Assembly: GCA_028023455.1 (NCBI GenBank)
Contig: JAQFVV010000002.1
Span: 10,416,001-10,480,000, forward strand
DNA length: 64,000 nucleotides
From: Epiperipatus broadwayi
Taxonomy: Eukaryota > Animalia > Onychophora
Direction of reading: 5' to 3'
This document shows, piece after piece, positions 39,915-52,849 of this stretch (position 1 is the first letter of the stretch; each line of letters begins with the position of its first letter). The translations under genes were made by a program, and so were the position numbers. The notes beneath the pieces are model-generated. The model was given only the letters and a program-made list of their open reading frames with translations, searched no databases and was not told the DNA's origin.

Positions 39915-40480
39915 AGAAGATAAAGTTCTTCTTTTTGCTTTAAAGAAATTCAGATTAAATTTTTCCATCAAACCTATGTTGCAGATTGATGCTTACTTCA
40001 CAGACTCAAGTTTCAAATATTGTTATAAAACATGAAACAAAAGTTTGGACACAAATCATTGTTTAATACCAGTTTTCATTTCATATATCTCAGATTTTCC
40101 ATTAGTTATAATGATATTTAATCTCTTTATATCATGTAGAAGCTATATAATGCAAATAAACTTTGATAGAATATCGTTTACTTTTAAACATTGCCACATA
40201 ATTTGTACCATTAAAAAGACAAATGCTTTGATCAGATCAAAAAAAGCAGCATATAAATCACTTTTTTGTTTCCAATGTTGGGCATCAAAAATTATCTCTC
40301 TTGTGTTTCTTGATTCTCTTAAACTACATTGAGTTTCTATCAACTATTCATCTATGATAGAAAGCAACCTATTTAAAAAAAATCCTTGATATAATTTTGC
40401 TGTTAATGGATAACAATATATTCCACGATAATTATTGCAGTTTTGTCTATTGCCTTTATTTTAATTGAAACTTACTGAAG
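39915..40480 (-). mobile_element. RTE (BovB-like) RT relic
   Basis: CNNYRGI, IETQCSLRESRNTREIIF, DLYAAFFDLIKAF and QHRFDGKFNL...KAK match RTE-type RT motifs in order. Confidence 0.75.
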
Positions 40481-40787
40481 CACATTAAGAATAAAGTGCA
40501 CAACTTCATGAGTCATATATATAGTACTCCCCCCCCCCCCAATAATATTTTTGAAGATAGTTTATTGTGATTGTATTTTTAAACTTCTCCAATTAGTCTT
40601 TCACTTTTTGAAATTACAAAGAGCTGTTTGCTGGATATCTTTGTCCAAATTGAATTTTAAATGAAAATGAGATATCATTAAAAGTTATATTTAAATTGTT
40701 GTATCAATATTCAAAAGATAATCAAAATACTTTTTCTAATTGTTTGAAATATCAATGCCATTATATAAGAGAATGCTATTGCTATAT

Positions 40788-40890
40788 ATATATTAAGTGT
40801 CATAGCATCGGCCGGGACGCGAACCCGCAACCCGGGCAACTGCCTGCAAGTGCAAGGCAGTTGCGCTGACCTCTCGACCATCAATGCAAG
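40788..40890 (-). mobile_element. Short tRNA-derived SINE or tRNA retrocopy with a 15-bp TSD
   Basis: Minus strand GCATTGATGGTCGAGAGGTCAGC...GGGTTCGCGTCCCGGCCGATGC (40805-40887) has A- and B-boxes and a tRNA-Gly-like body. Flanked by atgctattgctatat at 40773-40787 and 40891-40905. Confidence 0.8.
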
Positions 40891-43800
40891 ATGCTATTGC
40901 TATATTTAATAGCTCTGGGTTACATTTTTCAGGTGCATATGTTGCTTTTAATGCACTAAAAAAAGTCTAAAGTAATCATGATCTGAGAATATCTACATCT
41001 TCTTTGCAATTTTAATCCACCAATCATCATTATGCTATTTTGATAGTTGTTGAACTACTGCTGATAAATTTCTATTTCACTTAGGAAGTTTTACATTCAA
41101 TTTATAATTTTGCCAGCAGAATTTTCTATGCCATACTTTTTTTTCAATCAAGCCACTAATAATAAAATCAAACTTTCAAAAAGAAATTGTAATACCATTT
41201 GTAAAGATTTCTTTTGTATTCTACTTTCAATCATATCTTCCCAATAAAAACAATCAAAATTGCACTATTTTTAAATGTTTTTGAGATGATTTTGTATCCA
41301 GTACACAAATCTCATAAACAAAAATCTGCAATAAATTAAAAGTATAAGTTCAACATGCTGTGACAAAATAGTCTGAAAAAGATGGCATTCTAGAATATTC
41401 ATTATAATATACCGTTGATCATACTGATAGTTTTGGCATAATTGTAAATTTTATATTTGTAATATATTAACAGCATAAATTATTATAATAAGTACTCACA
41501 GTATTGCTGTAAGGCTAAAATCAGACAAAATCTGTTATTTGGAAAATATTAAACTATCAAAGAAACAGATGTATAGAGGCTTTCCTCAATCATTTATACA
41601 CAAATAAAGATGAGTAATCAGACTAAGGGACCCCCCCAATCAATAATGATCAGTTTCAAAAATAATGCTAACTAGGGATTATATAGTCAAAGCAACACAA
41701 TATTTGTCATTCAGACAAAGACAAAACAGAATGAAATATATATATATGTACAGATAATATCAGATCAGAGATTTGAAGTATTAATTATTGTTTCTTAAAA
41801 TAAATTTGGGTTATTATAGGCTGTTTTTTAATTTAAATAATTTCTAAGCCAGTAGAAGATATAATTGAGGACTAATAGGATGATCATGTCTCTTGTAATA
41901 GTAGCAATTAAATACTATTTTTTTTCACAAAACCACATATAACTTCTTAGCTTTCTTTTAGACCCTGCACAAAAAACAGTAACTTACTATATATATTTTT
42001 AAAGCCAATAAATATCACATGACCACCTCCTCTTATGCTTGTGTATAACTGTTGTTAAAAGAGGCAAAACTCACTATATATATTGCCACATACAGCAAGC
42101 TAGAGTAAACTTAAGTAAACAATGACCATTATACCAATCCTCAGACTAGATTTTGATCTTCACTAATAATAACATTGGAATTGCACTACACATACAGAAT
42201 GGTCTATTGTCACCTGATCTCTCAAATTCACATAAAATGTCTGAAATACAATGAATAAAGTGAAGTACCATTTCTAATTCAGATGCAGAAAGAAATCCAA
42301 AAAAATGTTATGACTGTTTTGGATATGTTATTTTTGACAAAAAATAAAAAATGCTTACAGTTAGTTGCTAGCATAGAGTCAGAGTTATATAGCTATACAA
42401 ATAAATTCGTATATGATCACAATTGAATCTCATGTCATTTAGCTTAATTGTTTAGTTGCAAACTCTGTGGTCCTCATTATTAAAAGCTAGTATCTGGAAT
42501 GATGATTTGGATGTAGTTCAACGTTTAAAGTCAAATGATTACCCAAGATTACAATAGATAGCTCTGGACAGAGTAATTAAAGCGAATTGTTGCTTGTAAT
42601 ATAGATTACCTCTCAGGCGAGTTAAATCTTTTTCAGTGATGCAATAAATTTAACATTTAAGGAAAGGTAATAATATCCATGCAATAACTGACAGTTTTAC
42701 TATTGATATATATATACTTTTTATTTATTAATTTGTTATTACTAAATAGATTTGACTTTTTTGGTCTAAATTTACAGTTTCAAAAACAGTTTAATTTTTT
42801 TTTAACTATTTAGAGAATTTATTGTTAAATGAAAAAAACAAGCTTATCTAAATATAAACGTTTCGTAATACCGAAAGCAAAAAAGGAAGAAATAATTCAC
42901 ATATTAAATAAAAATCCAAAAAGATCTTCCGATCTTGCAAATATTGTTTATGGTCTATTTATTTATTTAAAAATAAGGTGAGTATTCTAACAAAAAAGTA
43001 ACAGAATTAAACAAATGTCTTAATATTTTGGAGTCTTTTTTTTTTTTAAATAACCTTTTAAATGCCAAGACCAATTGTAAGATGTTCAAAAAAGAAGCAC
43101 AATTTAGAAAAACTTTTAATTTATATACAGTATATATAATCACTATGTAAAAATATAATGTAGTAATTTTTAATAATGAGAATTTTCAAAAAACAATGCA
43201 ACGTTATTTTATAATTTAAATTAAATAATCGTATGATGAGATTTATTCGGGAGATCAAGTGATGTTCAAACAATAAACTGAAAAGATGAGTATAATAGTT
43301 CCCTTCAGTTGGACAAACTGATGTTTTACCGTCTTAACTAGGAAACAATTTTGTAATTTTTAATTATTGGGTCTTTCATCTCATCATTTTGATAAAAGCT
43401 ACTGGATAATAAAAAACTGGAGAGCATAGATAGGGGAAAAAGTACCAACAAACACTTTAATTTAAATTAATATATTTTCTATTTTAGCAAAGATTGCAAC
43501 ATACAATATATTTCATGACAATCGTATGTATATAACCAAATATAATCTTTATGATTCATTCTGCTTAAGTTTGTAAGATTAGTAGTCCTTGATAATAAGC
43601 AGGTCTTACAATTAAGTTTATATCATTTTTATATGCTTTTGATTAACTTACTCTATTTTTTGTCTGACTATTTATCTGACAAATCTTATAACTCAGTTTT
43701 CACCCTCTTTTAAATTTTGAAATTCTGCATAGATGTGTATTTTCAATGACATATTTTTTAGGAAAAGTTTGCAAACAATTTTATCAAAAAAAAAAATAGT

Positions 43801-44369
43801 ATGAAATTTAAATTTCCAATTTCATATGGGAGTCAGTATTCCTTATAATATTACTATTTAGTGGTATTAAATTGTATCTAAACCTTTCTATAAAAATATT
43901 CATATAAATGCACTAAAAATACAAAATAAATGTTTTCAGATTTCAGAACATTCTTGATATTATATTAATAAAATAAAATGTGTGGTGTTCATGTTTATAA
44001 ATATTATCAGACAATTTCTGACCATGAGCACAATATGCTTTTATTTTGGTATCAAAATATCAAAAATACTGAGAAAGTTGAAGAAAATTTATATTTTACT
44101 TTTAGTACATTAATGTTTACTAAAAGCATTTACATATTTTTTTTAATTTAAAAATATTAATACTATTATTATTTTATTTATTTTCATTTTATGACATTTA
44201 TATTATGTTTTTTTATCTTATCTGTTATATTTTAAATTTCTTGATCAAAATTTTTCTTATATGGAATTTATATGATAGTTTTGCCTGGATAAACAAATTA
44301 CTATTATTTAAAATTCAAAAAATAAATACATATAACATGTATAATAAGAAAATCTTGTTTAATATTTTA

Positions 44370-45420
44370 ACAACATAGTATGCTGAGCATGCTTTTGACC
44401 AACTGAGTCATAATCATAGCTATAGTTATTCCAGAAAATTTGCGAGATTTATACGAAAATCACAAAAGTGGTAATTTACATAAAATTTGATTATAAGATG
44501 AAATGAATTGGATTTAAATTAGCCACTTTTTTGATAGGGGGACACAGGATTTTTTTTTGTTGGTTGTGTGTATGTTATTGACAATGTGTCAGACCTCTTT
44601 GACACTGCAATTAGCATTGGTTCTTTCAGAGCAGATAATACAAAGGTGTGGATTCAAAGCTATGATCATGTTTAGACTTGTATTTGAGAAAAATAGATTT
44701 AATAAGCATATTAATCTTATCTCACTTGCATTGGTATCAGGGCTGTGTGATTCTTGTAAAGAGATTGGCATGAGATTCTCCATAATAAACTGTATTGCAG
44801 TTCATGCTGTTGCATATAATTTTATACACAACTTGGGAAACCTGCTCTGGAGGCAGCTTATCTTTTATATTGTTAATCAAGTGATTTAGGGTGGGAGGGA
44901 TGCAAAGGACAATTCTATACATTTCAGTGTAGATTTTGTTTGTACTGTGAATAGATCCCAAAATGTATGGAAATGATGTCCAGGGTTTTTCACCAGCTTG
45001 AGTAGGTTTGCTCCTAATTTTAGCATAGAATGTTTTAACAATGTGAATAAGAGCTAAATCTTTGTGTCCAATATTATATAAATCATTGATGTATGGTTCA
45101 ATATTAGTTTTTGATCTGATTCAAATTTACAAAGATTATAATTTTTATATAAAAGTGCTTTGAGTCATATAAATTTATGAGTATTAGGTGTTAATGATTC
45201 AGGGTACATAGCCACTCACACTTGGATGGGTTTAACTAATGTTTTGTAATTTGAGTATTTTCATGCTGAATATATAAATCAAAAAATTTTGTCTTTGAGA
45301 TTATCTTCATTTTCTATAGACCATTTTAATGAAGACATATGTAAAAGATCAAACTATATTTCTTTAATTTGTGTTTCTAAAGCACGAATGTATAAGAGGG
45401 ATGGAGTTTAATTTCAGTAT
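44370..45420 (-). mobile_element. Penelope-like element relic (RT C-terminus, GIY-YIG, 3' region)
   Basis: KPWTSFPYILG; KDKLPPEQVSQVVYKIICNSMNCNTVYYGESHANLFTRI (GIY-YIG); HDHSFE. Confidence 0.85.
44379..44424 (-). ncRNA. Hammerhead-shaped motif with A3-U8 core variant, probably inactivated (G12A)
   Basis: Minus strand tat(a)gct-ATGATTA-t-gact(cagtt)ggtc-AAAA-gcatgc-T-C-agcata. Stems I and II pair; stem III is the palindrome AGCATGCT. Confidence 0.55.
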
Positions 45421-46049
45421 TATGTATTATTTTTTTAATTACATTTTTCTGAGAAAAGTTTAAAAAGATTGGAATTATATTATTTAAAATCAAAATTTTT
45501 AATTTTAATAACTTTGAAAGTTATTGATATTAATTTAAATAATAAATAAATTATATATCAAGAGTATATATATAAATAATTAATGGTAATATTGTTTCTT
45601 ACCCATTCCTACCACACACACATCTTTACATATACTTTATTTTTATAAAGAAATTTTTTATCATTTCATTACTTCTCATATAATAAATATTCTCTTTCAT
45701 TGTGACTGTTTTCAGATCTCTTATTCGTATTTCATATAATTTTGTTCACATTATCTTGTCAGCCTTATTATATGTCAAATTTTACAAACTCCTTGGTTGT
45801 ACATAATTCAGAGTGTCTCTACCATAATTACCTTTTTTAATTACATTCTCCTCCTGTACAAAAATAAAGGCATCTCTAACTCCGAATATTACTGAGTTTA
45901 TCCTTCATCCACTAAAGCCCCAAGAATATTCACCAATGCAAAGCTGCACAAGCCTGGAGAACTTCTGCGACTGATGATGGATTTTGGGAGAGTCCCATTA
46001 TTTCGAAACAGTCATGTTTGTTAATCAATTTCTGGTTGTTAGTTTGGGT

Positions 46050-46334
46050 TTTGGAACTTATTTCATTAATTCTTCTTTCCAATTTGTAAATAAGATTAAG
46101 GATGCTATCATCAATGATAATTTCCACATGATCCCTTTTGATGTTAAAGAGCTATATGGATCTGTTGATAGAAAATGATCTATTCAGATTGTACATCATA
46201 TTTGGAACTTATTCCATTAATTCTTCTTTTCAATTTGTAAATAAGATTAAGGATGCTATCATCAATGATAATTTCCACATGATCCCTCTTGATGTTAAAG
46301 AGCTATAAATGATCTATTCAGATTGTCCATCATA
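46050..46334. repeat. 151-bp tandem duplication within the PLE RT; second unit carries an internal deletion
   Basis: 46050-46200 is repeated from 46201; the second unit lacks about 17 bp around atggatctgttgatag. Confidence 0.9.
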
Positions 46335-47404
46335 AACTAACAAACATCCATTTCCCAACTGACTGCATTAGCTTCATTATGTCATTTTTATCTTGGATGG
46401 ACAACCACATATACCACTATGTTCGAAGACAAATGGTTCACCATGAACAACAGTTGGCCTATGTGTCTGCCTCTTAGTGGAATAATCACCAGCATCTTTC
46501 TGAACTACTTTGAAAGGCAAATTATACCAAAATATCAAGCTGACTTTCCTGATATTATATATACATAATACGTCGATGATGTATTCATTAAAGCCACTAA
46601 ACACATCACCTTGTGCATCCTGCAAGAAATTCAATAACATTTCAACATAACCATCAACTCTACATGGGAAGATGACTTCAAGAGATTGACATATCTAGAC
46701 TCATGGCTACTTCAAATAGAAAGAACCATAAATTATTCGATGATCATAAAGCCACTTGAAATTAGAGGTTTCATCCCATCCTAATTCCAATTCTCTGAAT
46801 TCACATAAATTTGCAGGCTTAAATGCATTCTTATATAGAAATATGCACCTGTGCAAATTTGAATCAGACAAGAGAGATAACATCTTTCTCTACACTAAGG
46901 ATTTATTAAAAGCAGGCTTTAAATACAAAACCATCATTAACAAAATTTTAGAATTACAAACAATAGTAGAGACCTCAACCTTCCATATATTACCCCCCTC
47001 ACATTCCTATAATCTCTAACCAACTAGTTAAATCATTATTTAACAAATTTTGAATCAGCTATCGCACACCACTTTGCACTAATCATCTCATTAACAATTC
47101 AAAAGACAAAATTGACCCTATTTAAACTCCCCATCAATTGAACCGCTCAACATAAATACACTTATAAAAGAGCACACAAAAATAATGACAACTCTTCAAC
47201 ATTTCTAGAACACTCCAAGAAAACCGGTCATATATTTGATGACAGCAAATGAAAAATTAAAGAGGCATACTTTATTACTAGTAATAACAATTCCAGCAAC
47301 AGACATGACACATGCTTTGATATTTCCAAATTCTGGCTACATAAATAATTTGCATATAGTTTGTATATCATCACTTACTCCCTATTCTGTTACCATGTAT
47401 CACT

Positions 47405-47449
47405 ATGGCTATGAATATGAGGCAACATGCTTCAAAAGTGCTTAGTCAT
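47405..47449 (+). ncRNA. Hammerhead-shaped motif with A3-U8 core variant, probably inactivated (G12A)
   Basis: atggct-ATGAATA-t-gaggc(aacat)gcttc-AAAA-gtgc-T-T-agtcat. 6-bp stem I, 5-bp stem II; stem III AGTGCT is one CpG transition away from the palindrome AGCGCT. Confidence 0.55.
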
Positions 47450-48429
47450 TAACTTTTGTATAGACTTATAAGAATAATTATTATAGCTTTTCCTTTCAGT
47501 GCCTCAAATGCTTCTAATTTTATTTAACACTTTTTATATATATATTGTAATGGTATATAAATATGCCATTACATTAATTTAAAATAAAAACTAAGTTCGC
47601 AAATAAAAATACATTTATTAAAAATCTAAAAGCTAAAATTAAAGAGTTGTTAAACATATATATATTCGCACAGATGCAAAACTTTAAAAATATTTTTTTT
47701 TAATAAATGAAAAAAGTGTTTGAACATATATTTTTGTAAAAAGATTTATATATTTTTGTAAATGGAAATGATTGTTTTATAAATTAATTGAAAAACAAGC
47801 TAGCCCTTGGGCTCTTGTATAATTAAAAAGTCTGATGAAAGATAGATAAGAAAATAAAGAATTAGCTTGTCCAATATAGAAGCAGCAAATAAAGGCCCAG
47901 ACCATAATGAAAAAATGGAACAGTGACGTTTTCGTTTGTGGAATCCATAGGAGGATTATACAAGGAAAACTATTCAAATTAAGACAGTTTCCTGACAGTT
48001 CCAACTTGATTTTGTGAGAAGAACGATAAGATGCACTTGTCATTCTCTTTCATTTTAAAAATGAAATGACTGTGATACCAGAATGGAACTACCTAAGACT
48101 ACCTCCAGAATATCAGACCAGTCTTCCATGAAAGTCTTCATGGGGAAATACACCAGGAACCGGGAGCTCTTCTACTGTAAGGTGTAAATGGAAAAATTTT
48201 ACTACAAATAATTAAGAACTTTAAAGATTTAACAAGCTAAACATTTTTTTTTGTAAATGAACTTTAATCTGACTTTCCAAATTAATAATTAATGTTTAAA
48301 TTTTACATAGTTAAGTTTGCTAAAATCATTTCCATTTTCATTTCTTATTAATATTTTTGTATAAATTATTTAAATGCATAAATTTAAGTTGGGTATGGAC
48401 ATTGCATGGATTCGTTAGCAGTTAATTAG

Positions 48430-48900
48430 GTTGTGGTTTTCATATTCGATTAGAATATATGAGTCATGGATGTCAATGCGGCATCTTATGATGAATGCCA
48501 TTGGGTTTCTTGTATTCCCTCTGCCATTGACTTTATCGATGACTTTGTATTTTTATCGGTTATGTTTATTTTGGAATGTTTTTAACCATGGAATCTATGC
48601 AGCCGATCTATACTCAACATTATAAAACAAATTTTATAAAATTCATCTGTGCGAACGTATATAAATGTTAAATTTAAGTTGGGCATGAATGGCTATATAG
48701 ATTTGTAAAGTTATATATATATATAGTTTAAGGGAGGGTAATCTTAGGTTATTTGTTTCATAGTTAAATTGGGTCAATGGATTAGATGTATTGATGTAAT
48801 TAGTAAATGTAGCATGAGATCCGCTATGGGCAGGATTGCATATATATGCCACACACCTTCTGTTTGCCTATGGATGGGATTGTATGTCGGCAAAAAGGAC
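48430..48900 (-). mobile_element. Penelope-like RT relic
   Basis: FTNYINTSNPLTQFNYETNNLRLPSL resembles the PLE post-YVDD motif. Confidence 0.45.
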
Positions 48901-49626
48901 CACAGTCCATTCCTATGGAGCTTTTTGTATTGTTCTACTTGCCAACAGATGTAGCATTCCTCTTTGGTTGAGAGACAATGTCTTCTTTAACTCTACTTAC
49001 TGTTCAGAGGTACATTCCTGACAATATAGTATTTTGTGCTGTTGTATTCATGCTGCATTGAATACATCAATATATCAGATGGATTGATGTTGGTTTGGCT
49101 GCAAACTTTTGGCCTAAGGTTAAATAAGGGATAGAACATTTTCTATTCAAATGCAGATCTATGTAGTCTATTCATACTCGATGATCTTAATAAAAATATT
49201 AAATTCATTCATACTCAACAATCTTAAAATAATAATTAAAATTAAAAATTAATATTAAAATCTAAATAATAAATGTTATTCCTCAAATTTAAAATGATTA
49301 TATATGTGCGTAAATAAATATTGTTTGTGTGTTAATTACTGGCAGTGGCTTTTATTTTTTTATATTTAAGATGTAAATTAAAGATATAAATTATTGTCTC
49401 TGCGTCTCCACTGAGCTAGTGACAGTGGGCTAATGGTCTAAATATAAAATAAAGTGGGATCTTAACAGCGTATCTGACTACTTTATAAATTTTTCTAGGT
49501 TAAAATGCCTAGATGGCGCCCTTGTAGTGCAGATTATAGTAAGATTCGATCTTCACTTTCATTTGGATCGTTATAATATATATATAGTAATGGTCATACT
49601 TATGCATTTATGCAACAAAATTTAGA

Positions 49627-52440
49627 ATTCTGGCAAATTACACTAAAGCTGATCCAGATGAAGGGTGAGACCACACTTCAACTCTTTACCAGTGCTCCAT
49701 GATTTAATAGCCTATTGATGACATATATGAGGTTACACTTGATCTCAATTTAATTCATGAGCCAGCATAGAAAAAGGTCAAACATGAGATTTAGGAATGA
49801 CCGACAATCACTAATAATATTAACTAAACATACACTTATGGCTAACTAAACTAATGCATATAAATTAACACATTAATACCAAATGGATTGATTTGGAGTG
49901 GTATGAAGTAGATTGTGAGAGATACATGAAATTATTACAATTTAGATATCTTTAATAAATAAAACAAGCAAATTAATTAACATAAAAACAACAGATGCAC
50001 ATTGGTTAGGTTTTACACATGCAGGTGTTATAACAATGATGAGCCAATTTAAATTACAGGAGTCTCATCTTTTAGAATGCACTTTAGATATATTATTATC
50101 ATTTATTTTCTGCAACTAATACTCATGCCTCTAGATATGTTATGCCAACCATTCTGGGATAAGCTAAATCTTACAGAGATGATGTATGGTAAAACATAAT
50201 TTATTCAATACTAACATATACATTATGAGCAATAAGTATACTCTATATACATATTATTTAAGTAAAATAGATTCCTAGTTCAGACTAATGCTGAAGTTTA
50301 TGATAATAGGATGGAACAAACTGGTGATTGCAGTGGAGTTTATGATATTACAGTGCTAAATTACTAATAAGGTTTGCAGTATGAATGTACAATTATTCAC
50401 AGGATTCAGTATCAAGTACTCAGTTCCCTTGAACTGTATGCCTTGCTAGCATAATGGAACATTAGTTTGAGTGTCAGAGTAGCTTTAAATTTGTTTTTTG
50501 GACCATCATGTTGCAGTTCTAAGATGGCTATCCAAACTAAATAAAGGATAGCATATCACCATAATCCCATTTTAACAAAGAAAGCATAGCAGGGCATAAA
50601 TACACATATAGTGTTTAGTAAAACACATTTGTAATGCTTATTAAATAATACTAAAATTAAATTAAATCTAATGTGTGAAATACTATAGTTCTCAACTAGC
50701 ATACTGTAAACCTGCTAAAAGGATTTCTCTAAGGCAATCTAGTTTAGACATAAATCTGTATATGTCATCTAATAAACTAGAGAGGAGAAAAGCATATTTC
50801 AGTGTTTAATTAATAATTGCTAATATGCCTTTAAATATCATCCCTGCTATTATCTAACAATACATATATTATTAATTTGCAAACCTCACTGATAATCTAG
50901 TACATAATAGCTTGAATAAAAATACATGTATAACAATGAGCGTGTAGTGGTCTATTGTTATATATAAGAATAGCCTCTAAAACAGAGATTTATGTTGCTA
51001 AAAGCAGCATAAAATATTTTACTGGAGAGCTTCAAATCCTCTCTTTCAAAGTTTATTAAATTACTTATCTCTGCTTTGAATTATGGCATATCATAACATA
51101 TCAATGAAATACAATAAAATAATCAAAATAAAATAGGCATGGCTGCATATTAGAAAAGTTAATAATAACTAGTTACAGTTATTACATTTCAGATAAGTTA
51201 TTTAAAATTACATTTATATAGATTTTTAATAGGCAAGATTGTTACAGTTATCAGTTTACCTTAGAGTTACATTTAAAAATTTATAGTTACATAGTTTAAT
51301 TTTATTGAAGAGGTATTATTTATAAGTTATGAGTTTATGAACATTCATTACAGATATCTAGCCTTAAGAAACTTTTTAAGAATATTTTAAATAAGGATTT
51401 ATAGAACTCTGCAGAGAAGAAATATTACCAATCTTCTTCTAGGCTGAGTTGTTCAGCATTTGAAGAGGCACTGGCACTCTTTAATAGGCTGTTCTCCTTG
51501 GTATTTTTTGCAGCTGGTGGAATTGGTTTCTTCCATTCTGTGGTGATGATGATGACTTGCAATGGGGAAGGTCACCATTCTTCTGAAGCAAGATGGAAAA
51601 GCTGAACCTTTTTAGCCGATCATATTAAATTTTAAAATGGTAGCTCCTAGCAGCAACTGCTCTATTTTATAATAGAGAGGGTCTTTAGAATGTTAAAATT
51701 TAAGGTTTTTATATTAGACTTCTGTTCCCCCCTCTTGCAAACCTATTAACTTGTTTATAACTTTGATCTTTAATTTTAGCATCTTTTAAATTTTACATTA
51801 GGACTTCAGTAAGACAAAAAAAATCTCTAGCAAATTTAAAATAGTGCTGGATGATTTTGCTTTGTCCAAAATATATTTAAAATTTTTTATTTTTAAAATT
51901 TGTTTTCAACCACCATGCAAGTCTAACATAGGTGCATGTGGCATGATACTTTTACTAAGAATTATTCAATATTTTTAAACTAAATTATTTTAACATAAAC
52001 ATTCTGCTATATATGTATTTTGATCTCCTCTGGAATTGAATTTATATGTGAGTCTTAAATGAAATAAGATTATGTATTTTGATCTCCTCTGGAATTGAAT
52101 TTATATATGAGTCTTAAATGAAATAAGAATAAATTCATACATAAAATTTATAACAAATTAAAAATTCAAAATATAAATATAATTGCATTGTAATGCTTTT
52201 AAATCTATCATGTTACAGTCTTACTCACATATATATAAATGTGCTAATACATATATAATAATGTTTATACAATTTACATTTAATTTATCATATAAATATA
52301 ATTGGATATACATATTACACATAGCCATACATGTACATACATTAATGTACATGCAGTTGGCTGGGTTTAAACTCAGAATAAATAATATTATAAAATATAA
52401 TAGGTGAGATGGGATGTGTGTCAATATATACGGTTTCATA
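49627..52440 (+). repeat. Copy 1 of a ~2.8-kb diverged direct repeat
   Basis: Colinear with 56101-58915 throughout, e.g. gacaatcactaataatattaactaaacatacacttatggctaactaaa and aaattacttatctctgctttgaattatggcata. Confidence 0.92.
52012..52130. repeat. 59-bp tandem duplication specific to copy 1
   Basis: Two near-identical units; single unit at the homologous site near 58500-58560. Confidence 0.9.
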
Positions 52441-52849
52441 TTTCTGAAGTCAATGAAAAAATAAAAAGGGGAAAAAATGAATTTACTTATCTTTCATTAG
52501 TAATCATGAATTAATCCTTAGAAATTTGAATTTTAAAATTTTAATTTTGCCTAGTTGAGATTTTGCCTGGGCCTTTATTAATGCACCACTAAAATTTTAT
52601 GGTGCAACTAATGCATAAAATGATTATAATAAAATAAAACTAAAATAATAATTATCCCTACCTGAGTAATTACTAATCCAAATAAAATTATTTTATACAT
52701 GAACTTTAGTATTTGAATTGAATACCTGTCATTTCAAAATATGAATATATACAAATTTATAAATTTTGGGAAAAGGAAACATCCCTAGATAAATTTATCT
52801 AGTTTAAGTAGGATCTGGGAGTGTATCTCTGAGTACTTTTAGTCTATGG

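Larger units (their letters stand above)
45880..47450 (+). mobile_element. Penelope-like element relic (RT + GIY-YIG + 3' region)
   Basis: APRIFTNAKLHKPG, PFDVKELY, WPMCLPLSGIITSIFLNYFE, YVDDVF, LTYLD, KDKID, KEH...EHSKKTGHIFD. Confidence 0.9.

Noticed and set aside
40805-40887. Functional tRNA-Ala(TGC) gene
   Set aside because: Duplications in the anticodon and T arms, a mismatch in the acceptor stem, and a TSD plus tail indicate a retrocopy or SINE.
48113-48150. ccatgaa/ttcatgg hairpin as a possible ribozyme or terminator
   Set aside because: No GAAA core on either strand, and intrinsic terminators are not relevant in this eukaryotic context.
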